From: Phallusia mammillata
Taxonomy: Eukaryota
Assembly (NCBI GenBank): GCA_965637545.1
Contig: OZ281498.1
Location: 16,988,001 to 17,052,000 of the forward strand
Direction: 5' to 3'
DNA length: 64,000 nucleotides
Below, piece by piece: positions 35,994-64,000 of the stretch (the stretch's first letter is position 1; each line of letters starts with the position of its first letter). Below the pieces are notes generated by a model. The model ran no database searches. It worked only from the letters and a program-made list of their open reading frames with translations, and was not told the DNA's origin. The position numbers and the translations under genes are program-made.

Positions 35994-38900
35994 CTAAAAA
36001 AACGAGATCTGATGAAAGAGCAATCCTAAAACAATTAGAAGTACGATTTTCACAGAAACCAACATAACGCAAATTAGTAATAAAACTGAAAGAATGCTGT
36101 TTTCTGAGGAACTCTCGTAAAGTAGGCGTGCAAATATTTGTCTCACTACACTACTAAAAATTCCATTGGCGACCAACGACTGCGATTTTACTACTTCTCT
36201 CACCGTCTACTCCCTAAAGTCAGTAAAAATTACAAAAGATGCTGATTTTGGCAATATATGCAATTGAATAATAACATCTATTGGACCTTTTAACAAGAAC
36301 AGGGTAAATACATCGTGTTGGATTGTGAGAGAAAAAAGTAAATGACTATAAACCATTTCCATTTCGATAAATATATTTAGATCTTAAAATGCAAGCATGT
36401 CACACTAAAAATCGTTTGAGACTTAAGTTAAGGGTGTACAAAAAATTATTAAGAGCGTTTTAAACAAATGAAAACCTCAACTATTGGTCTTTTTATAATA
36501 ATAAAAGTGACGTATATCAGAAATAGACTAATTAGCACAAATTAAATTTCCTTAATGGTCCTTACGATGTCGTGCTTAATAATTGTTATTACCAAACGGG
36601 TAAGACAACGTTTTCCCTGCGACAAAAGTTGGCTATATCACCCCTCAAGCACTTGTCGTAAAACATCCCTAGCAACCCATAACACACAGGGAGAACGCGT
36701 GGTTGTACAGTACAAACAGACCTTTATGTCAATTCACCACCGTGAAGTGTTATGACGGTGCACTTCGACATGACATTGGTAAATTGAAGTGCTAGGTGAG
36801 GGTTTTTGATTGGCCTTGAACAAATTGCCATTATCGTGTTACGCCAAAGTTAAAACTGCAGACTGCGGTTGTCATGGCGTGCGTATGAATTTGACAAATA
36901 TCCATGACACGATGTCAATATACTTTTTGTGCGTTGCGACTAAAGATGACTCTACTTCACAAAAACTTTAGCACGGGCATGACAATAATATGTTAATAAC
37001 ACCTGTAATTTTGAAACAAAAAACACTTTGCTGGGCTTGTAAATTCAGACATGCGATGTTTACATATGTGCTCTTATCCATGTAGCTGCCAACTTTTCCC
37101 GTTTGTAGTTAACAATCACGTTTTACTCAAGGACCAATCCTAACATAGCAGTGTTTACAAACCATTGTGACGCAACACTTTATCGATTGTTTGTTGGTGT
37201 TTCCAGAACTTGTTGCAGATTCCAATTGTTCCTTACTGACGAGAGTCAAGTCATGTTGCGTGAATTATCACACTGGTTGGCAACTTTTAACCGACTATTT
37301 ACTGCGACAAAAAACAGGTCAGCGTACAGTGGTACACACTGAAATCGGGGGAAAAATAAACATATTCATCAAAAGGACCTTGAAACTTTTAGCTGTATAG
37401 ATCGAATTTTTGCTTTTCGCTTTACTTGTTGCTTAAACTAAAATTCAATCTACAAAAAATGTGTAGAGCCATACTGACCTGGGTGTGGTAAAAGTAATGA
37501 TATTATACGTTTACAAGCTTAGAAGTACGGGTTATTATTCCGTATTACATTTCCAAGACTTCAACAATCTTACCTATATTTCTGTACATGTAGAGACTGC
37601 CTTCCGTCTACAGATAAATTTACTCCCAGACAGCTATTGACAAATCAACTGCCTGTCCTCTGCTTACTCCTACTCAAACATGTGTATGTGACTGAACCCA
37701 ACACAGTCGAATTCGGGATTTCTTTAGCTCCTTTGTCTCGCAGAGGTTATGTAAACACCGTAACAATGCGTTTATTGTACCGTTATTTATAAGTCAATGT
37801 TATTTCTTCACGGTTATGGCGTATAAAATCTGGTTTTCATTTTAATTCTAAAGCATGATGTAGTGTTAAATTTGCGAATCATTGACTTAATTTATAAGAC
37901 ATGCGAAGCGATCACTGCGTTTTAAAGTTTTAGAGCGTTTACTTTTGCTTTGATTATACACAATCGGTTTCTGAACCTGAAACTCTTCAAGCACTACCAG
38001 GCAAGAGCTGCGCTTAACATCACAAAAAATCGTGTTTGTGTTGAATTATGCCAAACTATGTTTTAATCAAGGTTTCATAATTTTAACCTTTGCCTATGCA
38101 ACACTAGCAAATTTTGCAGAAACCATTTGAGGCATAATATTGGCGTTCAATTGTTCAAACCAAGTTGTACAGCTTTACAGCTTAAAACAAAACGGGCACC
38201 TGTCCTAACATGACCTGACAGTCGGGCGTTTTATACACATCTGTACGTGTCCACATACAATCTTAGTAAACGCGTGTTTATCGTGTTTCGTGTCGGAACA
38301 ATTAATTACGCACAACAAAGCGACAAAACGCCACTACAATTTCCCCGCCCCTTACGGAGAACCTCTCACAACGGTTGACGGGCATTCCTGAAAATGTCGC
38401 GACAAACCTGAACCCTTTGATTTAGGAGAACAGTAAAAACAAAGTTAGGTGAACAAAGTGACGAAATATACAAGCAAGAGCCTATGCCTACAAAACTGTC
38501 GGATGTAAACTGTCAGAAATATTATTTTCGAATATACCGTTTTGTTAAATGAATGTACAAGAATATCCACATTTCAACTTTAAAATGTTTTGTTTTTATT
38601 AATCTCTAACATTCATGCGAAATGAGTAACGTGGATAAATTGTTGACTATTTCTTGAAAAATTTTATTCTGAGTTAAAGTGTCTACACATTATACCTTGT
38701 CAAAATTGGCTACCTTGACATTTGCTTGCTTTTGTATTTTTAACCTCAAAGCCTCGACGCAGCGATCACTTGGCCTGTCAGAATAACTGGCGACCTGTCT
38801 GACCTCAAATCAGTTTGATACTTTGTGTTACAAGTGACTGCACCGTGTTATCTGAAAGCGATTGTGACGAAACAATAGTACGAATCGAATATCAAATTGC

Positions 38901-39114
38901 GAGGTACAAACACAGTACAAGGCTCGTTCTCACGGCGTATCAAAACCAACAAGATGCGAAAAATGTATAGGACGTGTCAAAAAATACTTTGTATGATTAA
39001 CTTCAAAAAGAGCGTACAACATGTATACATATTCAAATTCAGAGCATGTCCTGGAAGTTAACAAAGAGTAATTTTTGGCCAATTGGTATCACCGTGTTTG
39101 GTCACAAGCGTTTT

Positions 39115-55124
<16,010 letters not shown>

Positions 55125-55789
55125 TTTGTAAATGAGAATACCTATAGTTTGCACATCTACACAAAAAGACTGAAGATGGTGCTGAACAGGACTGAAATTT
55201 AAGCATATCGGATTACATGGCCATAAACTGACATAAATGTATGCTATAAAAGCGGATTTATTTCACTCATTTTCGACTCAAGCTTTTTATAAGCCTTCCT
55301 AAAGTACACCACCGAAGCCAGTACCAGTCACAAACGGAAATATTGACAAAATCCGCTCAGCACAGTTTTTTCCATCAAAAATGCTATTAAAATATTTCAT
55401 TGAATAAAATTAGCTGTTAAGCATTGATTGGAAAAAGATTAACCATTTTACGATAGGACGTTTTATGACATTAAATTAGAAATGTCGGAAGAAATGTTTA
55501 AAATAAATTAGAAATGTCGGAAAAAATGGCACTTTTAATGGAATAGAGAATCCGAGCGCCAATACGAAGCACAAAGAAAATAATAAAATCCTTTTTCCTA
55601 TTACTTTCTCTCTACTATGCACCTTTACAACCATAATTGCCGAAGGTGCTAACCTGACTAATAATTCTCACCATGGTACTAATCCAAAGCAAAAAATAAT
55701 TCACAAACGAGCACGGATCTTAACAGCTGGCATCTCACCAACACAGCATGAGAGTGACTGGCACAGTATAATGCATTGTTGCTTCGTTA

Positions 55790-57140
55790 TAAACAAACTG
55801 CATGGATGTAATGCAGAGTCTCCGGCAGGACAGGGGTGTCAAAGATGTCACCAATGCAGCGCAGCGGGTGTTAAGTGTCAATTAAGATAAGGTCGCCTAC
55901 TCGGAAGCCATCGCTCGAGTGTCCATCGCATCCCCACACCGTTTGAACACAAAATACATGTCAGGGAACGCTGATAGGTGTGAAGATGTGCAATGAATGA
56001 TGAGACTGCATTTCATCGATTGCAGCGACAAACTTCGCATCTGGTTAACGTCAAGGCGTTATCTTTTGCTGACAGCGTATGGATGCTTGGTGCATAGTAA
56101 CATACACAAGGGAGCGCTGTCAGCATACGAGGATTATCCACTGCCCACAGAACCTCTTGCCGTGTCATTCCGGGGCTCAATTTATCATCCTCGAAAATTA
56201 CCAAGTGTTTAGCATTTGCCAGAGCAAGCAGCATTTGACAGACGCCGAGCAGTGATCGTCAGGGCCCTAATCCGGGCTCTGCAAACATAAGCAAGTTTTT
56301 CCACGGCGCTGGAATCAAACGAGAGTGGCGTTGGCCCACACCGGTGTTATAATACGGCTTAGCGCCCGGCGTGACCTCGCCGTACCGGAATGCGATCACG
56401 AAGTCAAAGTAAGACAGCCGTATGTCAACGCACGATAAACAATTCAAATACATAACGTTCAAGAGCAGTTGCTGATCGAATCCCACGCCATTTGACGAGC
56501 GAGATTTGATGCGTTGTGATAGACAGGATCGAAAGCGATCGCTTCTCAAACCCGATAGAGTTGGTGAGGTAGAAAACCGTGCCGTCGGTTTGACAAGATA
56601 AACCTCAACTAGAAACCACGAGAATTCACCGACCGATACAGATCGATATGTGGAAAGATTGCTAACCGTGTTTGTTTTACGAACACGTTGCTTTCGATTT
56701 ATTCACGGGAATGTGTAAAGCAGATTTTGATGTATTGTGATTGATAGCAAATAAGAGGGACATTTTTCACGCAAATGTGATACTATGCGGCCGCTGATGT
56801 GCTCTTTGTAGAAAAATTTGAAATGTTCTTTTACCTTGTGCTTATTGAAGGCCTCGCCACACCCGAAGAGACCCTTAACCAACACGTTTCGAAATGCCTG
56901 GACATCGATCAAGTGGTGGACGTACGTCGTTGTGTTTTCCTTGTACATTGACCACGTCTTTTGCCAACGATACGTTGATGGATGGTTTTCCGACACGGTG
57001 GTCGCGTCACTCTCTAGTGCAATGGATTAATCTGCGGCCACACCGTTTTGCCTTTGTGTGCACTTTTGTTGGCCCCATACAAATAGCGTGGTGGTGGGCA
57101 CCGATTTAGCAGATGGGTTCGTCCAAAAATAGTACACAAA
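55790..57140 (-). pseudogene. GC-rich decayed intronless ORF of unknown origin (viral or transposon-derived?)
   Basis: ORF-track entries 56703-56996, 56259-56549 and 56013-56234 share one frame and are separated only by single stops. Protein-like reading continues in a shifted frame below ~56050. Confidence 0.45.
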
Positions 57141-60100
57141 GGCCTGTTACTGAATGCATCCACGGCCAACAGACGGTACCAATATGAAAACGATCTTTTG
57201 ATGCTTAATCACGAAAACAAGTAGGAAAAATGGAGAAGGAAAATTAATTACAAGAGCAATAATATGTTGAATGACAGTTGATCCAGACCCCAAAATGAAT
57301 TCTGCAGTGGCGCCAAGTAACTAACATTTATTAATTTCTGGAATATCTATTTGTCCGTTTCTGTTCGAGAAAACTTAATACGTGACTAAAAAAGCGAACA
57401 AATACTCTCAATGACGTCATACAATAAGAGTGATTTGCAACTAACAATAAAGTCTAACAAAGTCTTCCTGTTTTTCGTATCGTTTTATTTGTGCTGACAC
57501 GGCAAGTTTGATTTTTCTCAAATCTTGTAGTACTCTGTACACAAAACCTGGAACTTTGAAATCCTTGCACAGGCGATAATACAAATCTGAGCTTATTCAA
57601 ATAGAATGCGGTAAAGATCATGACACGCGTCGCCATCAGACGGGAATTAGATCGGTTTCCGGCGCCATTCGGGGAGTGACATTTACGCAGGGGCGCGCTT
57701 GCCCAGTTCACTCCCCTGTTTGCTTTCAACGTGACAATGCTCGCGTTGTGACGACACAAGACCCAACCTCAATATTGGCTCAATGGTCACGTGATCTCGG
57801 TTTAAATGGGCACATTCCGCAAATATTTTTTTACAGCTGCGCAGAAGGTAAATCCATTTTACGGCAAAATAAACACTGTTAGGGTGTAAGTGACCGATAG
57901 CTCATTATTTCATGGTATCAACGGAAACCTTATATTTTTTAGGACTTTTAAGAAGCGATTTGGTATTAGATTTTAGACTGACTGATGTTCTGTTGTTCCA
58001 ATAGAAAATCCAGTTTGTGCACGGCCATTTGTGTTCTTTCGCCAATATGGCGTTGAAAAACAATTGACTTAAAGTCGATATGTTGCCGTATGTACCTGGG
58101 CTCATTTGAACCAATAAATAACTTCGCTACAGCGAGTTCAACGTCAAGTATTGCCTCTTGGCCTAAGAGTATTGCGCTTGTTACAACTTATTGCCAAATC
58201 GTGTTGTTTCAACGAGACGCACCTCATCTTATCGGCTTGTTCCGATCGCAATCGCCGACATAAACGACTGGTGCAACATGAACCCGGAAACTTTACATAA
58301 CGAGTGCCGCTGAGATCACTAACTTAAAGAGTGATACGGACTTATTGGTTTGATTATTAAAGAACATTATGAGTTATATTGTTTATGTTTGAATTTTCTG
58401 CAAAAAGATTACAAAGTCCAGGATATTTCGTTAAATTGAGACCGGCGTAGCATGTTGGAACCTTGAAACGTTACTGCTTGCTGAGAAATAAGTGCATACG
58501 CCAAACATGCCAAGTGATAAAGGTTCAGACCGGCAATGACATTAATCGACGTGGCACATAAAAAGGGATCATAAATTGCCCTGGATTATCGTTTTCATTC
58601 CTGTATTAAACAGTGTTGTTTCTTCCTTTTGCCTCAACAACCTTGATTGACGACAAAGATAAGGAAATCCGAGGGACTTGAAATGATAGTGAGCGCAATA
58701 AAACCACCATGGCGGAGTCGTCATAAATCATCATCCAGACGAAATTCTTCATTAATACGAGCTAGTAAGCATATTTATCAAAACTTTTGACCTTCTGGCA
58801 GCGATTGGCGACCAATGTCAAATCCTGTGTGGCGCCCGTGTCAAAGACCTATGTTATTGCCAAAGAAGAACGATATATGGACGTCGGAGGAAAGTGGTAA
58901 ACTTGGTTTGCATTAGAGGCAATTTCTGGGTGGGCCTAAATCCTTTCAGCGTTTATTGAAGCAGGGTAATAGCGCGGTAAAACTTGGCATAAACTTCGAG
59001 ATTTGGGTTCGGTAATTTTACCGTAAAGTAGCATGATGGATCTCGGACTGCGCTGCTATGAAACCTTTGGATTCAGAAGATCGATTTGAGAACATAACAT
59101 AAAACAGGTTAAATGTAAAAATTTGGATAAAAGTGAGACTGTTTTAGAAATTATATTTTCACGGTGTTTGCTGTCCCTCACAACTATTTCCTTTTAAGAG
59201 GTCGCTGTTGACAAACATACTCACACCAAGTAAAAAAAACATCCTGCAGTTTGCAAGGATTTCGGGTCTAAAGTAGAAAGTAAAGGATCTCAAAATAACT
59301 TTGTTTTTATCGGTTGACCGGCAGGTGGCATCTGCTGAAGAACACTAATGCATTTCGACTGTTTTAAGACCGTCGCACCCTCGAAAAACGCTTTTCACTT
59401 TTTAGCAAGTTTGGCGAACCGTGGGCACTTAAAAATATGTGCCCACACCGGAACGTTGTGAGGCTAACACAAGAAAGCAGTTACTTTAGTTGGTGACCAT
59501 GTTTCTTGATGTTGGTAAGAGTGGAAAATGTATCAGCGAAAAGGTTCTTTAGTGTTAAATTATACAACGCAGCTTCGACGGTTCATATTTTTTAGGGTAT
59601 TTATGGGAACATTTTAATAGAAACTGTTTGTCTGTTGCAATTTTACGCAAAAGCATCTTTTTGTACTGTTGGCATCAAAACAGTGGAAAGAAACAATATT
59701 TAATAAATGCAACTGTCATGTAATGTAATTTCATTTCCTAGACTTGTCAAACTTGTGTTTTGCACTTGCAAGAGAGCAAGATGTCTGTGCATCAACCACG
59801 CCTCTCTTAAAGCGCGCATGGGTTGACCGCAACCACAAAAACGCGCTGAATAGGTCGAAACTCGGCGAAGTTAACAGAAAAACCTCGCGTTTTAGACCAC
59901 ACAGCAAGAAAAAAACGACCGTTTGGGGATTTCATTTTGATTTCCGTTGCGACTTTAGACACAAAGTTTTAAAACAAGAGAAAATAAAAGGCGCTTTGTG
60001 ACAACATGAACGCCACCATTGTGTCACGCCGGGCCTAAAGGTTAACTTGTTTCACGCGTGAGTAGCTTTGCAAAGTGATAAGCAGCAGCCTGACAGAAGC

Positions 60101-60604
60101 ATGTATTGTGACCGCGTAAAGTAAAGAATCACAACAAAACGCAGTGTTTATCACGACCCTAAAAAGTTGTAAACGTTGATTGTCCGTGCCCTAAGCTAAC
60201 TGTACTTTTGCATTTTAAATTTTAAGGCGGTCGTATGTATTGTTCTTACGCCAAATCATTGTCACGTAAACTATCTTGAATCTCGCCGCTAGATTTTAGC
60301 GGTATGCGCCACAAGCGTTTTTGCACTTTAACTGGCGGTAAAAAGAACAAGCTCTTTATATTTCTGGTGGAAAGTACTTGAAGTCAAACCAGCAAATTTC
60401 ACCGATGTAAGTCAGTTATAAATCTAATTGTGCCTTACAAATGTGTACCCGCGTAGGTCAGTAAATTGCACTGACAAACGTTAATTGTGTACTCTTACAC
60501 GTACAAACTGTTGTTTAGTTAATCTATGAAACATATACCCGATTGCATATTATCCACTTCAATTGTTTAGTATTTACTGAACTTTCGTATAAATCATAAC
60601 TTAC

Positions 60605-63600
60605 TGGCATTCTTTGACTTGTAGACAGGACTAGTAGGAATCGGATGCATAATGCTGGGCATCGGCCCCATGTACGTCGTGGACATCAGGGGAACAATAC
60701 TGGGTAATACCTGGGTTAGATGGGGTCGTACAATTGTCCCACCTTGACCCTGTGAATCCTGTCCGGTTCGGTTTTGCGTTGAGCTGTGTAACAAAATATT
60801 TGCCTTTAGTCCAAAAAAGAATATATTCACAAGCATAGCACTAGAATTGTCCACAAACTATTATGTAATCAAGTCCGACAATATTTTCTAATTCAAACAA
60901 CACCTACATCGTTTAAACAAAGAACCGTAAAATCGAGTGCGCCAACTTAAAAACATATTTGCTTACCGAGAACCACCAAATGGATTGGACACAGAAAGTG
61001 ACGAACCGGGATTGTACATTCCCATTCCGCCTCCAAATGATGGTTGGTTGCCTGGATACAGGTGGTTGCCTTGGTAACCATTCAATTGAGGATTCTGAGG
61101 TTGTAGGCCATAATTGTAGCCGGGCTGGTATTGGTTTAAAAGAGGGTTGGTGTAGCCAGTAAGTCCGTGGTTGGGATAGCCACGAGCCCCTTGATTGGTC
61201 AAACCAGGGATACCTTGACCAACTGCTCCATTCGAAGTGTCCTTTGTGCCTTGTTGTGCCTGACTGCCAAGTCCATTTACTCCTTGCGATTTAAGACCGG
61301 TCGCATCTTTGTTGGTGCCTGTTTGGGACACACCAACACCCTGATTCGCACCATTGTCCGGATTATTTGTCAACCCTTGACCTCCAAAACCACCTACACC
61401 AGGATAAGGATATGGTTGAGGGTACAAGTACTGGTGAGCAAATGGATACTGCTTGTTATTTCCATAATATGGTCCGTTGGGGTTAGGCTGTAGACCAGTT
61501 AGTGAGGGATTTGCTGGTAAGTCACCTGTCGCTTGATCAAGGCCACCAGTTAAGGATGGAAGGTAAGGGTACGGATACTGCTGTTGGGGATTCGGGATAG
61601 AAGAAGACTTAATTGGTTGGTCCTGTGTTCCATGCCCAGCTTTTTGGTTCGCCGATTGATCAACGGGAAGCGATTGGTCGTTAGGTTGTGTCAAGCCTTC
61701 GCCGACGGCTGGCGACTGCTGGTTGTTAGTGCTGACATCTCGAGGCTGCGTGATACTTCCTCCATCGGCAACAGAATCTGGTCCACTATCTCTGTTTGGT
61801 GTTTCAACTTCTGGTAGCTTAGGAGATAACCTGTCTGCTAAAGGCACGGTGCCCTTGGAGCCCGTGTTCGAGGCTAAAGGTCTGTACAAACCACTTACAT
61901 CTGCACCAGTTTCTTCTGCACCTTGACCATCTGTCCTATAATGGCGATCCACTTGTGTCAATCGGGTTTCTCGCGACAAATCTGAATCATCTGCATCAGG
62001 CAGTTGTCCCGTTTGTTCCGATGAAGCACCAGTCTGGTCATACTGGCGGCCTGCACCGACCAGACCTTGTCCGGTGCCGAACTGGTTTGGCCCATACTGG
62101 TTTGCGGAACCAGGATATTGATTTCCATAGTAGGGGTTGTATCTTTGGTTGTAAAAGCCATACTGGTTTCTAAAATCATTCTGCTGACCTGGTTGATTAC
62201 CTGCGACTGCTCCATTGGCGTTGTAGTCGTTTAGACCGCCACCCAACTGATTTTGCGAGCTAGTTTCATCGGCGCTTGTATCATCCGAAGTATCTTTGGT
62301 GTCTGAACTGGTAGCTTGTTTCCCTGAGGTGCCGCCTAGGTAGTTTAGGCTGTTGTAATAACCAGGGTACTGTTGGTTGAAATTTTGGTAAGGTGAAAGT
62401 TGTCCGTTTCCTAGTAACTGGTTTTGTGCGTTGCTAGAGGAAGGCAGACCGCTTTGAGACACAGAATCTGCTGCTTTCGGGCTGGCTTGTGGGTCGCCTG
62501 TCCTGCCTTGCTGATAACCAGGGTAATTGACATAACCTGGATACTGCTGTTGTTGGAAATTGTAGCCGTTGTAACCACGGAAGCCAGTATTTCCTCCAAA
62601 TCCAGTGGTCTCTCCCTGAGATCCGTATCCCGGATAGCTCGCGGGATTCGGTTTCAACGCATCTTTAGCTCCTTGTGATGTTTGGCCTCCGGCAGTATCT
62701 GGACTCACCAGAGGAGGAACCACCACGTTTTCACCATTGTTGGTTTGGCTTCCAGATGCGGAGGAAGAAGACAAAGATGGTGAAGAATCGGACGAAGGTT
62801 GTCTGTAGCCACCACCAGTGTTTCCGAAGTTATTCCAGTCCGCTTGAAGAAGAGTGGTGTCGTAGCCTACCTTGTCAATGTCAGAACTTGGCGCATAATT
62901 GGCTGGTCGCTCTCCGTACCGATTACTTGAGTATTGAGTTTCTGGGAGTTGGCCCTCTTCCTGAATTGGATCACGAAGAACGCGTTGAGTTGCTTCTAGT
63001 GCAAGAGATGTCTGTCGTGGCCCTAGGTAGAAAGGACGTTTGCAAATCATTGTATTTATATATGGTAGTGCGTTTTAGAAATGGTACGCTTTGCAGTTTA
63101 AAAGTTGTATTTGGTCAATGTATTTACCTTGGGTTCTTTCAATACATTCTTGGTCGTCGGTACAAAGCAGGGAACCACCCTCCGCGGGACAATAACACAC
63201 TTGACAGTTTGGCTTCTCTACCCTGTGGCATGCAAAATAAAAATGTTGCGTAAAAGGTTAGGAAAGATTGTACTAGGCTGTACAGGTCTTCTAAAAAAAG
63301 GTAAAAAGTGAATTGAAGAGATCCCATTGTAGATACTGTAACTATCTCGTTCAATACATTCATTAAATTGTCGCAAAATGCAATACAAGCAAGCAACAGT
63401 TTAAATTTAGTGCACTGGAAAACGGCATGTTACCATACCTGCTGCCTCCATTATGTTTTTCGCCGTCTTCTGCCACACATCCCACAGTCAGGCATTCAGC
63501 GCATCCTTCAGCATTCGTGAATGTGTCAATACAGTAGATGGGAGTTTGTGGACAGATTATCTTGGGCGCGTTCACTGGGCCAAAACCGCCAGGATTGGAG

Positions 63601-63893
63601 AACACCTCACCAAAGCTGTAAAAAGATTATTAAGTTAAAAATATAAACGTGACATCGGAGAGCTCAAAAAAGTTGAGATAAAATATATGTGTTGCACTGG
63701 TAGAATACGCATCAGACCAAGACAATGTTAAATTTGAGATCACATTAATGTTATGGTGCGTACCAAAAGCATTTGTTAATTTGTGAGCAAATATAAATAT
63801 TACAAAAACGTTTTCGCACACAACACCTTGGTGTGCTTTAAAAATATCTCATACACTTTTACCTTACCCTAACAAAACAACTATAGACAACAT
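60605..63893 (-). CDS. Secreted protein: signal peptide, Cys-rich (VWC/antistasin-like) module, then a ~685-aa Gln/Gly/Asn/Tyr/Pro-rich low-complexity region. Exons 63893-63868, 63615-63439, 63222-63128, 63022-60967, 60783-60605; 3' end unresolved
   Basis: MLSIVVLLG|FGEVFS with an upstream in-frame stop; CPQTPIYC...GCAEC...GC...PNCQVCYCP...LCTDDQEC. Phases 2/2/1/2/1 are consistent. The long ORF's stop codon lies inside a GTAAGC donor. Confidence 0.85.
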
Positions 63894-64000
63894 GCAACAA
63901 ACAAAACTGTTTTGTAGAAGATTTCTCGATCTTAGCTAAGGCGTTATCTTGCTTTCAAACAGGAGAAATGTCCTTAAATCGTTAAAGAACCGCCACCGCA

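Noticed and set aside
58600-60130. Terminal exon of the secreted low-complexity gene
   Set aside because: Several phase-1 acceptors give short plausible endings, and none can be preferred from sequence alone.
60959-63311. Plus-strand and alternative-frame ORFs over the 695-aa ORF
   Set aside because: Shadow ORFs typical of low-complexity coding sequence; only the minus frame fits the spliced model.

Overview
Eukaryotic, AT-rich, compact-intron genomic DNA. An ascidian/tunicate-type invertebrate chordate is my inference; the species cannot be determined from sequence alone. From left to right: (1) a ~194-bp satellite array; (2) a ~26-kb birth-and-death cluster of atlastin/RNF112/GBP-family large GTPase genes, made of one minus-strand copy with lesions, one plus-strand copy with a duplicated helical-stalk exon pair, a near-identical 3.65-kb tandem duplicate of that copy's 3' half, and a decayed third copy; this cluster is interrupted by a full-length but dead Ty3/Gypsy LTR element and many hAT-type MITEs; (3) an SMKR1-like small lysine-rich gene whose intron holds a 4.5-kb hAT transposon with a perfect TSD; (4) a complete fibulin-1 gene with both C-type and D-type alternative C-terminal exons; (5) a GC-rich decayed intronless ORF of unknown origin; (6) a secreted Cys-module plus Gln/Gly/Asn/Tyr-rich low-complexity protein gene. 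Exon boundaries were read by hand from GT/GC-AG signals and phase consistency. No database searches were run.
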